A program made the position numbers and the translations under genes. From assembly GCA_963813715.1 (NCBI GenBank), contig CAWFAK010000008.1, positions 448,001 through 512,000 of the forward strand: DNA of 64,000 nucleotides, written 5' to 3'. The notes beneath the pieces were generated by a model, which did no database searches, was not told the DNA's origin, and worked only from the letters and a program-made list of their open reading frames with translations. Shown here piece after piece: positions 11,865 to 23,218 of the stretch. Origin of the DNA: an uncultured Planctomycetaceae bacterium. GTDB lineage: Bacteria > Planctomycetota > Planctomycetia > Planctomycetales > Planctomycetaceae. Each line of letters begins with the position of its first letter. Within the stretch, counting starts at the first letter, position 1.

Positions 11865-12675
11865 TCACAGTGACCGCGGCGGGCGCTCGAATGGCTTGCG
11901 GCCGGTCACGGAATGTCGCAGCTCGCGAAACACCAGTCCGGGCAAGGCCAGCCCATCTCGCAGATAGCGACCCGACAGTCGCCGCGGCTCGAGCGCAACG
12001 CGGTGCACCCATTCCAAGCCGCAGCGCCGCATCCAATGGGGAGCGCGCGACTTTTCTCCGGCGAGAAAATCGATCGTGGCGCCGACGCAGAGAGCGACCT
12101 TCGCGCGAATTCGGTCCGCTATGCCGGTGTACCCATAGCTCCTGCTTGGGCGCCCCCAGGCCGACGATCAACACGTCGGGCTGCGCGGCCTCGATCTGGG
12201 CGAGGATGCGGGTGTTTTCGGCGTCGTCGTGCTCAAAGCCCTGCGGCGGACTGTCGCGTCCGACCACGCGGACGCCCGGCCAGCGAGTTTCGACGGCGCG
12301 GGTGGCCCGCTCGTTGACTTCGGGACGCGCTCCCAGCAGGTAAACGCCGATCGGCGCGCCGATTTGCGAACGATCGAACAGCCGCGGCACCAGGTCGCTG
12401 CCCGCCACGCGTTCGGGCAAGCGGCGGCCGAACACCCGGCTAAAGAGCACGATCGGCGCCCCGTCGGCGAGCACAAAGTCCGCGTCGGCATAGACCCGGG
12501 CGAACTCTTCGTGCCGCTGCAAGAGCACGGCATGATTGACGTTCGGCGTGACGACGTAGCGGCAGCGGCCGTTGCTCGGCGCGGCGATCCAGCCACAGAA
12601 TTCGTCGATCGCCTCGCTCATCCGGCACGGGTGGAGGTTGATGCCAAAAAGCTCAACCGGTTCGGGTAATGCCAT
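11865..12675 (-). CDS. WecB/TagA/CpsF family glycosyltransferase (frameshift near C-terminus)
   Basis: VVTPNVNH, ADGAP, ERVAGSDL and VGLGAPKQELW motifs. The C-terminal EPRRL..RY segment continues in another frame. Confidence 0.9.
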
Positions 12676-12756
12676 GAAAGTTTTGCGCGTGTAATCGCCC
12701 GCGTCTTTTCAGCCCGTCCCGCGCCCGCTAAACTCGGCAAGACTATTGAAGCCACC

Positions 12757-13308
12757 GTGAGTTTGCAAGCTGCGATGACAGACGGCGCCGAGTTAACAGC
12801 GTCGACCCGCGCGATTTCCGCCACCGTTCCGGACTGGTCGCGCGAGCAGGTTCGCAGTTTTTACGATCCGCCGCGCAAACTGCTCCATCACTTGCGCGCT
12901 TATCAGCAGTGCCGGGCCGGCCGCGGACTTTTTCGCCGGCTCAAATCCCGCTGGCACGTGCTCTGGTTTCGCGCCTGGAGCGCGATCTCTGGTGCGGAAA
13001 TCGATCTCAAAGTGCAAATCGGCGGCGGCCTCTTGCTCCCGCATCCCAACGGAATTGTGGTCTTTCCGGACGTGGTGATCGGCCCCAACTGCTTGATCTT
13101 CCAACAGGTGACGCTGGGAATCGGCGGGCGAGTGCCGGGCTGCCCCGTACTGGGCGGCCATGTCGACGTGGGAGCCGGCGCCAAGATTTTGGGGGGCGTG
13201 ACCATCGGCGATCACGCCAGAATCGGTGCCAACGCCGTCGTGCTCGATGACGTTCCCAGCGGGGCGACGGCCGTCGGGGTTCCGGCCCGAATCGTTTTTT
13301 CCAATTGA
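12757..13308 (+). CDS. Serine O-acetyltransferase-like hexapeptide acyltransferase
   Basis: LPHPNGIVV, QQVTLG, GAGAKILG and IGANAVV...GVPAR motifs. Confidence 0.88.
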   Translation: MSLQAAMTDGAELTASTRAISATVPDWSREQVRSFYDPPRKLLHHLRAYQQCRAGRGLFRRLKSRWHVLWFRAWSAISGAEIDLKVQIGGGLLLPHPNGIVVFPDVVIGPNCLIFQQVTLGIGGRVPGCPVLGGHVDVGAGAKILGGVTIGDHARIGANAVVLDDVPSGATAVGVPARIVFSN

Positions 13309-13319
13309 ATGATCGGCCG

Positions 13320-14813
13320 ATGCGCGTCGCCTACCTGATCAACCAGTACCCGAAGGTGAGCCACTCTTTCATCCGTCGCGAGATCCGCGCGCTCGAGACG
13401 CTGGGACTGCAAATCGACCGGATTTCACTCCGCCGCTGTGGCGACGAACTCGGTCGATGCCGACGATCGGCTCGAGAACGAGCGCACGCACGTCGTGCTG
13501 TCGGGCGGAGTCGGCGCGCTGTTGCTCGGATTGGTTTGGTGCCTGGCGACGCGACCGCGCGCGATTTGGGAAAGCGGTGCGGCTTGACATGGCAACTGGC
13601 CCGCCGCGTCCCGCGGGCTTGGAAGCACGCAGCCTATCTGGCGGAGGCGGCCGCACTTGCGCAGAAGTATCGCGCCGCCGGCCCCGATCACGTCCACGCA
13701 CACTTTGGAACCAACTCGGCCACAGTCGCCCTGCTGTGGAGCGAGCTGTCCGGTATCCCCTTCAGCTTTACCGTGCATGGTCCCGAGGAGTTCGACCGTC
13801 CCGAGAGCCTGGGCCTCGATCTCAAAATCGCCCGGGCGCGATTCGTCGTCGGCGTGAGCCACTTCGGCGTCAGCCAATTGATGCGCTGGTGCCCGAACGA
13901 CCAGTGGACCAAACTGCACGTCGTTCACTGCGGCGTCGACGACCGTTTTCTCGATCCGAAGGCCTCGTCACCCGTGCCCGACGTCCGGCGGCTCGTCTGC
14001 GTCGGCCGCTTGTGCGAGCAAAAAGGGCACGGCCTCTTGGTCGAGGCTGCCGCGCGACTGGCGGAAGAGGGCGAGTTGTTCGATCTGGTCCTCGTCGGCG
14101 ACGGTCCGTTGCGCCCGCAAATCGAGCAGCTCGCGGCCGAGCGCGGCATTCAATCGCGGCTGCGGATCACCGGCTGGAAGAGCGGAGCGGAGGTCACGCG
14201 GGAGATTGTCGCAGCGCGGGCTCTCGTGCTGCCGAGCTTCGCCGAGGGGCTGCCGGTGGTGTTGATGGAAGCGCTCGCGCTGAAGCGGCCCGTGATTTCG
14301 ACGTATATCGCCGGAATTCCCGAACTCGTTACTCCGGGTCTCTGCGGCTGGTTGGTGCCGGCCGGTTCCGTCGACGCTCTCTGCGAAGCGATCCGCGCCG
14401 CGCTGCACACCCCGACGGAGAGACTTGAAGCGATGGGGGAAATGGGAGCTTTGCGCGTGCGGCAGCAACATTCGGCTTTGGGTGAAGCCGAAAAACTTTG
14501 CGATCTGTTTTCAGGCGGGCAGGACGACTGGAAATCTCTCGCGAATTTCCCAAGACGAAACATTACGCAGTCTCAATGGGCCACAAGGTCTGCGCAACAG
14601 GAAGAATTTAACAACAGGGAATTGACAGTCATTTCGAAACCGGTAGGATGGCACAGTCATTCTTCAACGGCAGGGACGCCACACCACGGTTCGAGGGAGT
14701 GGACATGCACCACATACTGCGACGGATCGTTCCCAGTATTGCCATCGGGCTGCTGGTCTTGGCCGCTCCGGCGGCTCACGCCGGCTTCATCGCCTCGACC
14801 ACTGGTGCGGTGA
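13320..14813 (+). CDS. GT4 glycosyltransferase (WcaL-like); compensating indels near 13450-13570, true end probably about 14530-14600
   Basis: YPKVSHSFIRREI, HVHAHFG, VGRLCEQKG and EGLPVVLMEA motifs. Confidence 0.88.
   Translation: MRVAYLINQYPKVSHSFIRREIRALETLGLQIDRISLRRCGDELGRCRRSARERAHARRAVGRSRRAVARIGLVPGDATARDLGKRCGLTWQLARRVPRAWKHAAYLAEAAALAQKYRAAGPDHVHAHFGTNSATVALLWSELSGIPFSFTVHGPEEFDRPESLGLDLKIARARFVVGVSHFGVSQLMRWCPNDQWTKLHVVHCGVDDRFLDPKASSPVPDVRRLVCVGRLCEQKGHGLLVEAAARLAEEGELFDLVLVGDGPLRPQIEQLAAERGIQSRLRITGWKSGAEVTREIVAARALVLPSFAEGLPVVLMEALALKRPVISTYIAGIPELVTPGLCGWLVPAGSVDALCEAIRAALHTPTERLEAMGEMGALRVRQQHSALGEAEKLCDLFSGGQDDWKSLANFPRRNITQSQWATRSAQQEEFNNRELTVISKPVGWHSHSSTAGTPHHGSREWTCTTYCDGSFPVLPSGCWSWPLRRLTPASSPRPLVR
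14622..14649 (+). promoter_or_regulatory. Sigma70-type promoter of first PEP-CTERM gene
   Basis: TTGACA-N16-TAGGAT. Confidence 0.6.
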
Positions 14814-15418
14814 ACGTCATCGCTGCGCCCCCTTCTGCACTGCCTGGGGCACTGCTTTCCAACAACTACCAGGCTTGGGATGAGTCGAGCGGCACGATCT
14901 CGACTCCCGTGCAGGTCAACATGCTGGGGCAGCCCGGCTCGTACGACGGCTTGTCGAACTTCGCGCCGCTGAGCGGCACGTTGGCGAACGGCACGAAGTA
15001 CGACTCGGTCATGGTCCAACTGGATCCGAAGACGACCTTTCCTGCCCAAAGCCCCATCGCTTCGATCACGTTCACGGGCAAGATCATCGGTCTAGCGCTC
15101 TTTGGACCGTCGCTGAATGCCAGCGACATCTATGGAAGTCCCACGACCGTCTATCCGAGCAGTCTCCCGCCGATCGGCACGCAGAGCCGTGGCATTAACA
15201 TGACGCACAACGATCGGTTTTCCATTTCGAGCAACGGCCTGACCCTCGGCCTGCAGCTGACGGCGGGCTTCGGCGCCTATGAAGAGATTCGGGTCTTCGT
15301 GGCGCCGGCTGTGACGAGCGTTCCGGAACCGGCCTCATTGGCACTGTGGTCGGGGCTCGGTTTGCTCGTCGTTTTGAAGAGAAGGTCGCTGCTGGGCAAG
15401 CGACTGGCTTCCGTGTGA
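14705..15418 (+). CDS. PEP-CTERM sorting domain protein
   Basis: Signal peptide ending AHA. C-terminal VPEPASLALWSGLGLLVVLKRR. SD GAGGGAG. Confidence 0.9.
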   Translation: MHHILRRIVPSIAIGLLVLAAPAAHAGFIASTTGAVNVIAAPPSALPGALLSNNYQAWDESSGTISTPVQVNMLGQPGSYDGLSNFAPLSGTLANGTKYDSVMVQLDPKTTFPAQSPIASITFTGKIIGLALFGPSLNASDIYGSPTTVYPSSLPPIGTQSRGINMTHNDRFSISSNGLTLGLQLTAGFGAYEEIRVFVAPAVTSVPEPASLALWSGLGLLVVLKRRSLLGKRLASV

Positions 15419-15539
15419 ACTCGCCCTTCCGCGGAGCTTTCTAGCGACTCCGGGCAATGAATGTTTCAGTGGTCTGGCCCTCGCACTTATCCGAAAAAAT
15501 CGACTTGGAGAATTTGGCAGAATTTGAGGATGGGGGGGC

Positions 15540-15569
15540 TTGACGAATGGCCAGTAAGCCTTTATCGTG
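15540..15569 (+). promoter_or_regulatory. Sigma70-type promoter of second PEP-CTERM gene
   Basis: TTGACG-N17-TATCGT. Confidence 0.5.
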
Positions 15570-15753
15570 ATCGCGGGTCATGACCACGCCGGCTGAGCCG
15601 GTGTGGATTGGATGTCTCGATTCGGGTCAATGAGGCACTCCGAAGTTATCATCCGACGCCTTTGAGTATGGTCCCGCCTACGGGGACACCTGACAGGAAG
15701 CGGGCGATCACTCATTCTGACGAAAACAATCGACTCATAATGGGGAAGGATCT

Positions 15754-16452
15754 ATGAGAAAGCTCTTGGTCGGTTTTTCAGCCCTAGGCGTCCTCTGCTT
15801 TGCGACGCCCGCATTCGCTGGGTTTGCCATTTCGGCAACCGGCAACGTTCCGAACACCGCAACTGGTCTGGTGACGCCGCCGGCCAACGCCCAGTTGGAT
15901 ACCGCCCCGACGTACCAAATCTGGAATGAGCAACAAGGGACGCTCAGTTCGTCGGTCGCCGTCGACAACAACGGCGCCAATGGCAGCTACAGCGGCCTCT
16001 CTCCGGGCACTCCCACGACGTTGGGTGCCGGCACGCCTTACGGCACGACCTACGTTCAGCTGAACCCAGGCGTCAGCGGCACCGTTCAGTCGGGCGTGGC
16101 CACGATCCTCTTCAGCTCGAAGATCATTGGTCTGGCTCTGTCGGCCACTAACCTGTCGAACACGAACATCTACGGTGCTCCGGGGACCACCTACTCAGCA
16201 GATGGCGGTGGTGCGAACAACAACTTCGGTAGCGTCGTCGGGAAGAGCAACCAGTTCTTCACGATTACGGATGGCGGACGCGAGTTGGAAATTGCTTTGA
16301 CCGCGAACAACAACGGATTCAAAGACATCCGCGTGTTCACGGCCAACAATTCCACCTTTGTTCCCGAGCCGGCCTCGCTCATCGTGTGGTCGGTCCTGGG
16401 CACCGTGCTGAGCGGTGGAGCTTGGTTCCGCCGTCAGCGTCTCGCGGTCTAA
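15754..16452 (+). CDS. PEP-CTERM sorting domain protein (paralog of 14705-15418)
   Basis: Signal peptide ending AFA. VPEPASLIVWSVLG...FRRQR. Confidence 0.9.
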   Translation: MRKLLVGFSALGVLCFATPAFAGFAISATGNVPNTATGLVTPPANAQLDTAPTYQIWNEQQGTLSSSVAVDNNGANGSYSGLSPGTPTTLGAGTPYGTTYVQLNPGVSGTVQSGVATILFSSKIIGLALSATNLSNTNIYGAPGTTYSADGGGANNNFGSVVGKSNQFFTITDGGRELEIALTANNNGFKDIRVFTANNSTFVPEPASLIVWSVLGTVLSGGAWFRRQRLAV

Positions 16453-16532
16453 CGCGAGATTCTGAGACTGATGCGGGCCGAGTCGCGTTCCAGCGCTTTG
16501 CTCTGGAAACGCGTAGTAAAACGAGAAGCTAA

Positions 16533-16572
16533 CAAAGGCTGCCTTGTGGCCAACCCCGCAAGGCAGCCTTTG
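16533..16572. terminator. Strong hairpin after PEP-CTERM gene (terminator or processing stem)
   Basis: 14-bp inverted repeat CAAAGGCTGCCTTG/CAAGGCAGCCTTTG. Confidence 0.55.
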
Positions 16573-16655
16573 CTTCATTAAGCCTCGCTGCTTCATTAAG
16601 CGGCGATACGGCGAGTTGCTGCTTCTCGGCACTCGCTCTCCGAGAGATCCTCAAT

Positions 16656-19600
16656 ATGGCGCGCCCTGCCGCCGATCCGCCTGAGTCCATTGCGAAATTC
16701 GCTTTGCCGGATCGAGTCGAGCCCCGTTCGCCCGCTCTTCGTCGGCTCTGCATCGGCCTGGGGACCTTTCTAGTTGCCCTCGGCGCCTGGAGCTATTGGC
16801 CGACGATTGTTGGCCTGATTCGCGTCTGGGACTCGAGCCCCGACTACTCGCACGGCTATCTCGTATTGCCGCTGGCCCTGCTGTTTCTTTGGCTCAGGCG
16901 GGATCGGCTGCCCCATTACCATCTCGAGCCGAGCTGGTGGGGCTTCTCGCTGATTGGGCTGACTGCGGTGCTCCGGGTTATTGGGGGGCGATTTTATCTC
17001 CCCGAGCTTGATAGCTACTCCATCCCCATCTGGTTGGCCGGCGTGTGCTGGCTCTTTGGTGGCGGCCGGTTCTTGCTTTGGACGCTGCCGTCGATCCTGT
17101 TCCTGTTTTTCATGGTGCCGTTGCCGGCGACCATTGAAACGCTCTTGAGCCGCCCGCTGCAGGCGCTTGCGACGACGATGAGCACATGGACGCTGCAGAG
17201 CCTGGGGCAGCCCGCCATTGCCGAAGGGACGACGATCCTGCTGGGAGACAACGTCCTCGAGGTCGAACGGGCGTGCAGCGGCCTGCGGATGTTTTACGGC
17301 ATTCTGGCCCTCTCCGTCGCCACGACAATCATCACCCGCGCCCGCTGGAGCGTGGCTCTGTGTTTGCTCGCGGCCGTCGCGCCGGTTGCCATCCTGGCCA
17401 ACACGCTGCGGATCACCATCACCGGTCTGTTGTACGAGTTTGTGTCGGGAGAGTCGGCCCGCAAGTTTTCGCACGACCTGGCCGGGATTCTGATGATCGC
17501 GCTGGCGATCATCTTCTTCCTCGCGGTCCTGTGGTTCATCGAGCGGACGATAGTGCGTTTTCGCCGGACGCAGGCCCGCGCGTTCCTGCAAACGGCCGTC
17601 GCGTTCCTCGTCGTCGCCGCCATCATTCCCTGCGGTTATTTCTGGCACGAACGGCAGCAGTCGCGAACGGTCGATCGGTTTCTCAAGCATGCCGACAAGC
17701 TGCAAGAGGAAGGCAAAGACCTCGATGCGATCGTCTTCTTGGATCGGTATCTCCATTTCAACCCGAACGATATGGGCGTCCGCGTGCGTCTCGTGCGCAC
17801 GGTCGATAAGGTCGCCACGAATCCGTTGCGAAAAATTCGTGCGATGGAGCTCTACCGCGACACGTGGAACCTCGATCCCAGCCGCGTGGAACTGGGCGAG
17901 CGCTGTGCCGACCTGGCGATCGAGCTGGCACGCTACGACGAGGCGCTCTCCGCGTCGTCGCAATTGGCGACGGCCGACTTGAAGCCCGCCGATTCGTCCG
18001 CGGCGGCCCAGGAAGACGCGACCCGACGCACGAGCGAGGCCCGGCGCTCCGCCGCCCGCCTGAAGGCGCTCGCGCTGTTGGGGCGCTCGATGCGGGCCGA
18101 CGTCGTAACGCCCGACGAGGAATGGCAGAAGATCGTCACCGCGTTCCAGGATGCGATCCGCCAGAGTCCAGCCGACATCGAACTTCCCGTGCGCCTGGCC
18201 GATATCGAGCGGCACCAGCTGAAGAGCGGCCCCGCGCCCACGCGACAAAAGGCGGCTGACGACATCATGAACGCGATGGTCCAGCGGAACCCTGAGCGTC
18301 CGGAAGCGTGGCTCGCGCGGTATCTGTATTGGAAGTCGCTCGTCGTCGCGAAGGAACCGGTGTCGACCGGATCGGACGCCGACCTGGATCGGGCCCTGGA
18401 GATCGGCCAGAAGGATCCGAAAAAGGAAAACGCGGAAGCGCTCCTGTTCGCGGGCGAACGGGCCGCGGACAAGAAGGACGTGCCCGCCGCCCGCAAGTTC
18501 TTCGAGCGGGCCACCGTAGTGCGGCCGACCGACTATCGGGGCTGGACGCGGCTCGGCCAACTCGCCGCGGAGGAGGGGACGGACGAGGCCCGCGCCCGCG
18601 CGGTGGAGATTCTGGAGCAAAGGGGTGGCGAGCGTCAACGAATACGATATGGAGCTCGTGCTGCCGCTCGCCGCCACGTTGATCCAACTGAAGCGTTTTG
18701 CCGACGCCGAAGAACGGCTGCGTCCACTCGATGCCTCGATGCCGCGGCTGCTGGAGCCGGGCCGGAGCCTGGTCGAGCTGGGAACGGCGCGATTGCGTGC
18801 GGCCGCCGCGGCCGCGCAGGGCAACATGATGGCGGCGGCGACGACGCTGCGGAACGTGCTCAACGGAACCCGCGCCGGCAGCGCCAGTGGCATTTACCGC
18901 ATCCCGTACGCGGACGGCTGGATGCAGCTGGGCGATTATTACGCCGAGCTCAAGCTCGACGACGAGGCCACGGAAGCCTACGAGTCGGCGGGTCGGTTGA
19001 ATGAGAACGTGCCGGAGTGGGAAACGAAGGCTGCCCAGGCGTCCGAGCGTTGCGGCCGTCCGAGCGACGCTGCCCAGCAACTGCGCGCCGTGGTCCGCCA
19101 CAATCCGTCTCCCGCCAATTGGCTCGCCTTGGCCCGCGCGAGCTTCCTGGAGCAGGTCAGTCTCGCACCGACGCAACGCAACTGGCACGACTTCCGCGAG
19201 GCTTTCGATAAGGTCGCGGAAAGTAAGACTAACGGCGGCCCACTGAATGTCATGCAGGCCGAATTCCTCACGAGCGAGGGGCAGGTTGACCAAGCGGTGC
19301 AGCTGCTCACCAAGGCACTGGCGAAGTCGCCCAAGGTCTGGCAGTACTGGCAATCGCTGGCGCTGATCCAGCAGCGCCGTAAGGACGCTGCGGCGGCCAA
19401 GCAGGCGATCGAACAGTTTGAGAAGACCGCCCCCGACCACGATACGGTGGTTTCGTTCGAGGTGCGGCTCGCGGTCGAAGCCGGCCGCTTCGATGAAGCC
19501 AAAAAGCTGCTGGAAGCCTCGCTGGCGGCCCTGTCTCCGGCCGGCAAAGCGGCGGCTCGCGATCAACTCGTGGAGATCGAGCTCCGCCAGGGCCATCGCC

Positions 19601-21901
19601 AGGAGGCTCGGCGCCGCCTCGAGCAAGCCTCCACCGAAGAGCCGAACAATCTGCAGGTCCTGGATTTGCTCGGCCAGATCATCGCCGACGATCGCGATTG
19701 GAAGGCCCTCGAAGACATCGAGAACCGTTTGAAGAAGATCGAGGGAGACGACGGGACCCTGTGGCGCGAGTTGCGCGTGCGGCGGCTGATCTCCCAAATC
19801 GTGGAAACCGACGACCCGTTGCTCCCCGACGCCGAACGGCTGACTCGCGAAATCGCCTCAGTGCGGCCCAACTGGCAGCGACGTTGGGTGCTGCAGGGGA
19901 TGTTGGCGCGGCGGCAGAATCAGCCCGACGAGGCGATCGCCGCCTACCAGCAGGCGATCCGCCTGGGCAACCGCAGCATTGGTCTCGCGGAAGAATTGAT
20001 CGACCTGCTCAACGAGCAGCATCGCTTCACCGAGGCGGACGGCGAATTCGAGCGCGTGCGGCAGGCCGTCGCTCGTTCGAGCCGCTTGTCGTCCGCAGCC
20101 ATCCCGATTTATGTGCGGCGCGGCGAATCGGACGAGGCGCTCCGCCTGGCCGAGGACTGGGTCCGTCGCCAACCGGCCGACGCGTCGAACTATGTGCGGT
20201 TGGGTCGCACGCTGCTGTTGACGACGCCGGAAAATTCGCCGGAATATCCCAAGTCCGTCAAACGGGCTCAAACCGCCTACGAGCACGCAGTCGAGCTGGC
20301 CCCGGGCGACGTGCGCGTCTGGATCGTGCTCTTCCGCTTCTACACGGGCGTGCAGAAAAACGCCGAGGCGGCCAGCGCCATGCTGACACGTCTGGCCCAG
20401 CGGATCGACGTGCCCGAAACGCAGCGGGTCTTCGTGCTGGCCCAATTGTATGAGGCGATCGGCAATCGGTCGGAGGCGGGCCGGTTCTATCTTGCCGCCA
20501 TCAAGGCCGCGCCCGCGGACATGCAGACGATCGTGCTGCAGCGGGCCGCGCAGTTCTTTGTGCTCGAAGACCCGGCGCAGGCCGAGGCCTATTGCCGTCA
20601 ATTGCTCAAACTGCGATCCAAGTCAGTCGACGCGCGGCGGACGCTCGTGCGGGCGCTGGCTGAGCAAGGGGGCGAGCAACGGTTCCGCGAAGCAGCCGGC
20701 CTGCTGAGTGAGCTGGCGAAAACGCGCGAAAGCAGCCTGGGCGACAAGCGGCTCGAAGCCATTCTGCTGGCACGCACGGGCAATGCCGCGGATCGGCAGC
20801 GGGCGAGCGAGCTGCTCGAGGCGTTCGTGCAAATTCCTCAGCAGGCGGCCCGACAGGATCGGCTGCTCTTGGCTTCGCTCTACGAGACCGACCATCGGCT
20901 GATGCCGGCCTACGAACAGCTCCTGGCCCTGTCGCGGCAAGACGATGCCGCGGCGGCCGACCTGGTCCTCTACGCGCAATTCCTGCTGCGAAACGCGGGC
21001 GAACAGCCGCAATTTTCCGACTACGCGGAACCCGTGCTCGCCCGCTTGGAACAGGATCCTCTCAACCGGGCCAGCGCCGTCCAGTTGCGCCTTGAGACGG
21101 CCAGCAAGCTGCCCGCGAGCCTGCGGCAAACCAAGATCCGCCAGATTATCGATCAGGCGACCAAGCGGTTCGTGACGCAGGAAAAGGACGACGTGTTGCG
21201 TCGCGACACGTTGACCAAGCTGCTGGTTCTCTTGGCCCATCAAGATTTGGTCGACGAAGCGATCGGGCTGGTGACGACCAAACGCGTTTGTTCGGATCTG
21301 GATACAGCCATCGCCCTGGCCGACGCCCTGACCTTGCTGCCGCGCGAATCGCCGCTCACCCAAAAGGGCGGCCCGATCCTCAAAACGGCCGTCGAAAAAT
21401 TCCCGCGATCGCCGGAGCTGTTGTATTCGCTGGGTAACGTGAGTTACATGACCGGCGCGCGACGAGGCCATTGCCCTTTATCGCCGCTCGCTCGACGTGC
21501 GGCCCGCCGACAAGCTGGCGCTCAATAACCTGGCACTGGCGCTCGCGGACAAGCCGGAAGGCATCGCCGAAGGGCTCAAGACTGTCGACCAGGCATTGCA
21601 AAAGTACGGGAGCGAAGTGGCTCTACTCGATACGAAGGGCCAGCTCCTGGTCCTCTCGGGGAAACCGAACGAGGGGATCGCGCTATTGGCGGCGGCCGTC
21701 TCTGTGCAAGGCACGGACCCGCTGCTCTTGTTGCACTTGGCCAACGCCTATCTTGCCGGGGGCAAGCCGGCGGAAGCCCGTTCGACCTATCGCCGAGCCC
21801 AGGTGTTCAACATCGCGTCGCTGGTGCTGACCCCCGGCGACCGCGCGATCATCGAGCGGCTCGAAGCCCAAACTCGCCAGACCGCAGCCTCGGGAGGTTG
21901 A
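16656..21901 (+). CDS. Exosortase fused to long TPR region; frameshifted (ORFs 16656-19004, 18625-21528, 21497-21901)
   Basis: YSHGYLV, VERACSGLR (catalytic Cys), NTLRI and SHDLAG motifs, followed in frame by many TPR helices. Confidence 0.85.
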
Positions 21902-21904
21902 TCG

Positions 21905-22591
21905 ATGTACGCCAGCTTTAACACTTCGCGGGGCCGAACCACGGTCGCGGTGATGCTCGTCGGTCTCGTGCTGCTGACCGCCGTGCCGGCCATCGTCCAG
22001 GGCGTTCTAACGCGGCGCTGGCACGGAGCGGCCGACCTGTCCGGGGGCGCGAAGCGACTGGTCGATTTCCCCACGCAGTTTGGCGACTGGCAGCAACAGG
22101 GCGAAGAAGATCCGGTTCCCGAAGACGCCATTCGCGAACTGCAGTGTGCCGGCTGCTTTAATCGCCACTATGTCAATCAGCGGCTGGGGCGCGACGTGAC
22201 GGTGATTGTGATGGTCGGTCCGGCCGGCCCACTCATCCGTCACCCGCCCGAAATCTGTTACGGCAACCGCGCCAACCAATTGCTCTCCAAACCCGTCGAC
22301 GTGGAATTGACGACCTCGGACAAGATCGCCCACAAGCTGCGGCTATTGCGCTACGCCAATCCGCGGGCCATGTCCGGCGAATTCTCGGTCTGCTACGGCT
22401 GGTCGGAAAGCGGCGCCTGGGACGTCCCGGCGTATCCGCGCGTCGAATATGGAGCGGCACCCATGCTCTTCAAGATGCAGGTGCTCTCGACCGACGCGAT
22501 CCCCAAGGACGGCGGACTACCGACGGCGACTGCCAAGTTCCTCGACGATTTTTTGCCCCTCTTGCGCGATCGGGTGCTGGCGGCAAAATAG
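21905..22591 (+). CDS. Exosortase-associated EpsI family protein
   Basis: FPTQFGDW and HPPEICY motifs. Lies directly after the exosortase. Confidence 0.85.
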   Translation: MYASFNTSRGRTTVAVMLVGLVLLTAVPAIVQGVLTRRWHGAADLSGGAKRLVDFPTQFGDWQQQGEEDPVPEDAIRELQCAGCFNRHYVNQRLGRDVTVIVMVGPAGPLIRHPPEICYGNRANQLLSKPVDVELTTSDKIAHKLRLLRYANPRAMSGEFSVCYGWSESGAWDVPAYPRVEYGAAPMLFKMQVLSTDAIPKDGGLPTATAKFLDDFLPLLRDRVLAAK

Positions 22592-22623
22592 CGGGGTCCG
22601 CCGCGCGGGGGTCTCGATTCCGC

Positions 22624-23218
22624 ATGCTGCTGTTGCAGAAGCCGTCTCCGGCAGGCGCAGTGCGCGTTCCTCGATCGCCAGCGCGGCAGGGCGTTCTCTT
22701 ACAACACACTCGGCTGCACGTCCGCAGACGTTGTGCCGCAGGGCTACGTGCGCGATCACGAGAGAACAGAATTGGGACGTGGTCCCGACGTTTTTTCCGC
22801 GGCCTCGGCGGCGCTACGGGCCTGGAAGATGTTCGACCTGGGATGGGTCGCGGTCGTCGATCCCGCGTGCCCGCTCGCGGCCGGACGCGAAGTCGGCGTT
22901 CTGGCCCGAGTCGGCTGCTTGTGGACGCTCAACGCGTGCCGCATCCTCGAAGTTTTCGACGAGCCGGGCCGCCGACTGGGCTTTGTCTACGGCACGCTCG
23001 ATGAGCACGCGGCTGAGGGGGAGGAACGGTTCCTGGTCGAGCTCGATTCAGCGGGACGCGTCTGGTTTGACCTGATTGCCGTTTCCCGTCCCCACCGCTG
23101 GTACGTTCGTGTTGGTCGGCCCGTCGCTCGTCTTCTCCAGCGACGGTTTCGCCGGGACGCTGCCGCCGTCATGCTCCGTGCTGCGCAGCTTGTCCCGCAA
23201 GGAACGCAGCACGGATAG
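22624..23218 (+). CDS. DUF1990 family protein (frameshift near 22650)
   Basis: LGRGPDVFSAASAALRAW, GFVYGTLDEHAAEGEERF and AVSRP motifs. Confidence 0.85.

Noticed and set aside
14650..14700. c-di-GMP-I riboswitch-like words (GGCACA..GGGACGCCACACCACGG)
   Set aside because: There is no GNRA-capped P2 or P3 stem, and the predicted 5' UTR is only about 50 nt.
16571..16601. Direct repeat TGCTTCATTAAGC x2 upstream of exosortase
   Set aside because: Only two copies and no further instances seen. It could be a regulator site but is unsupported.
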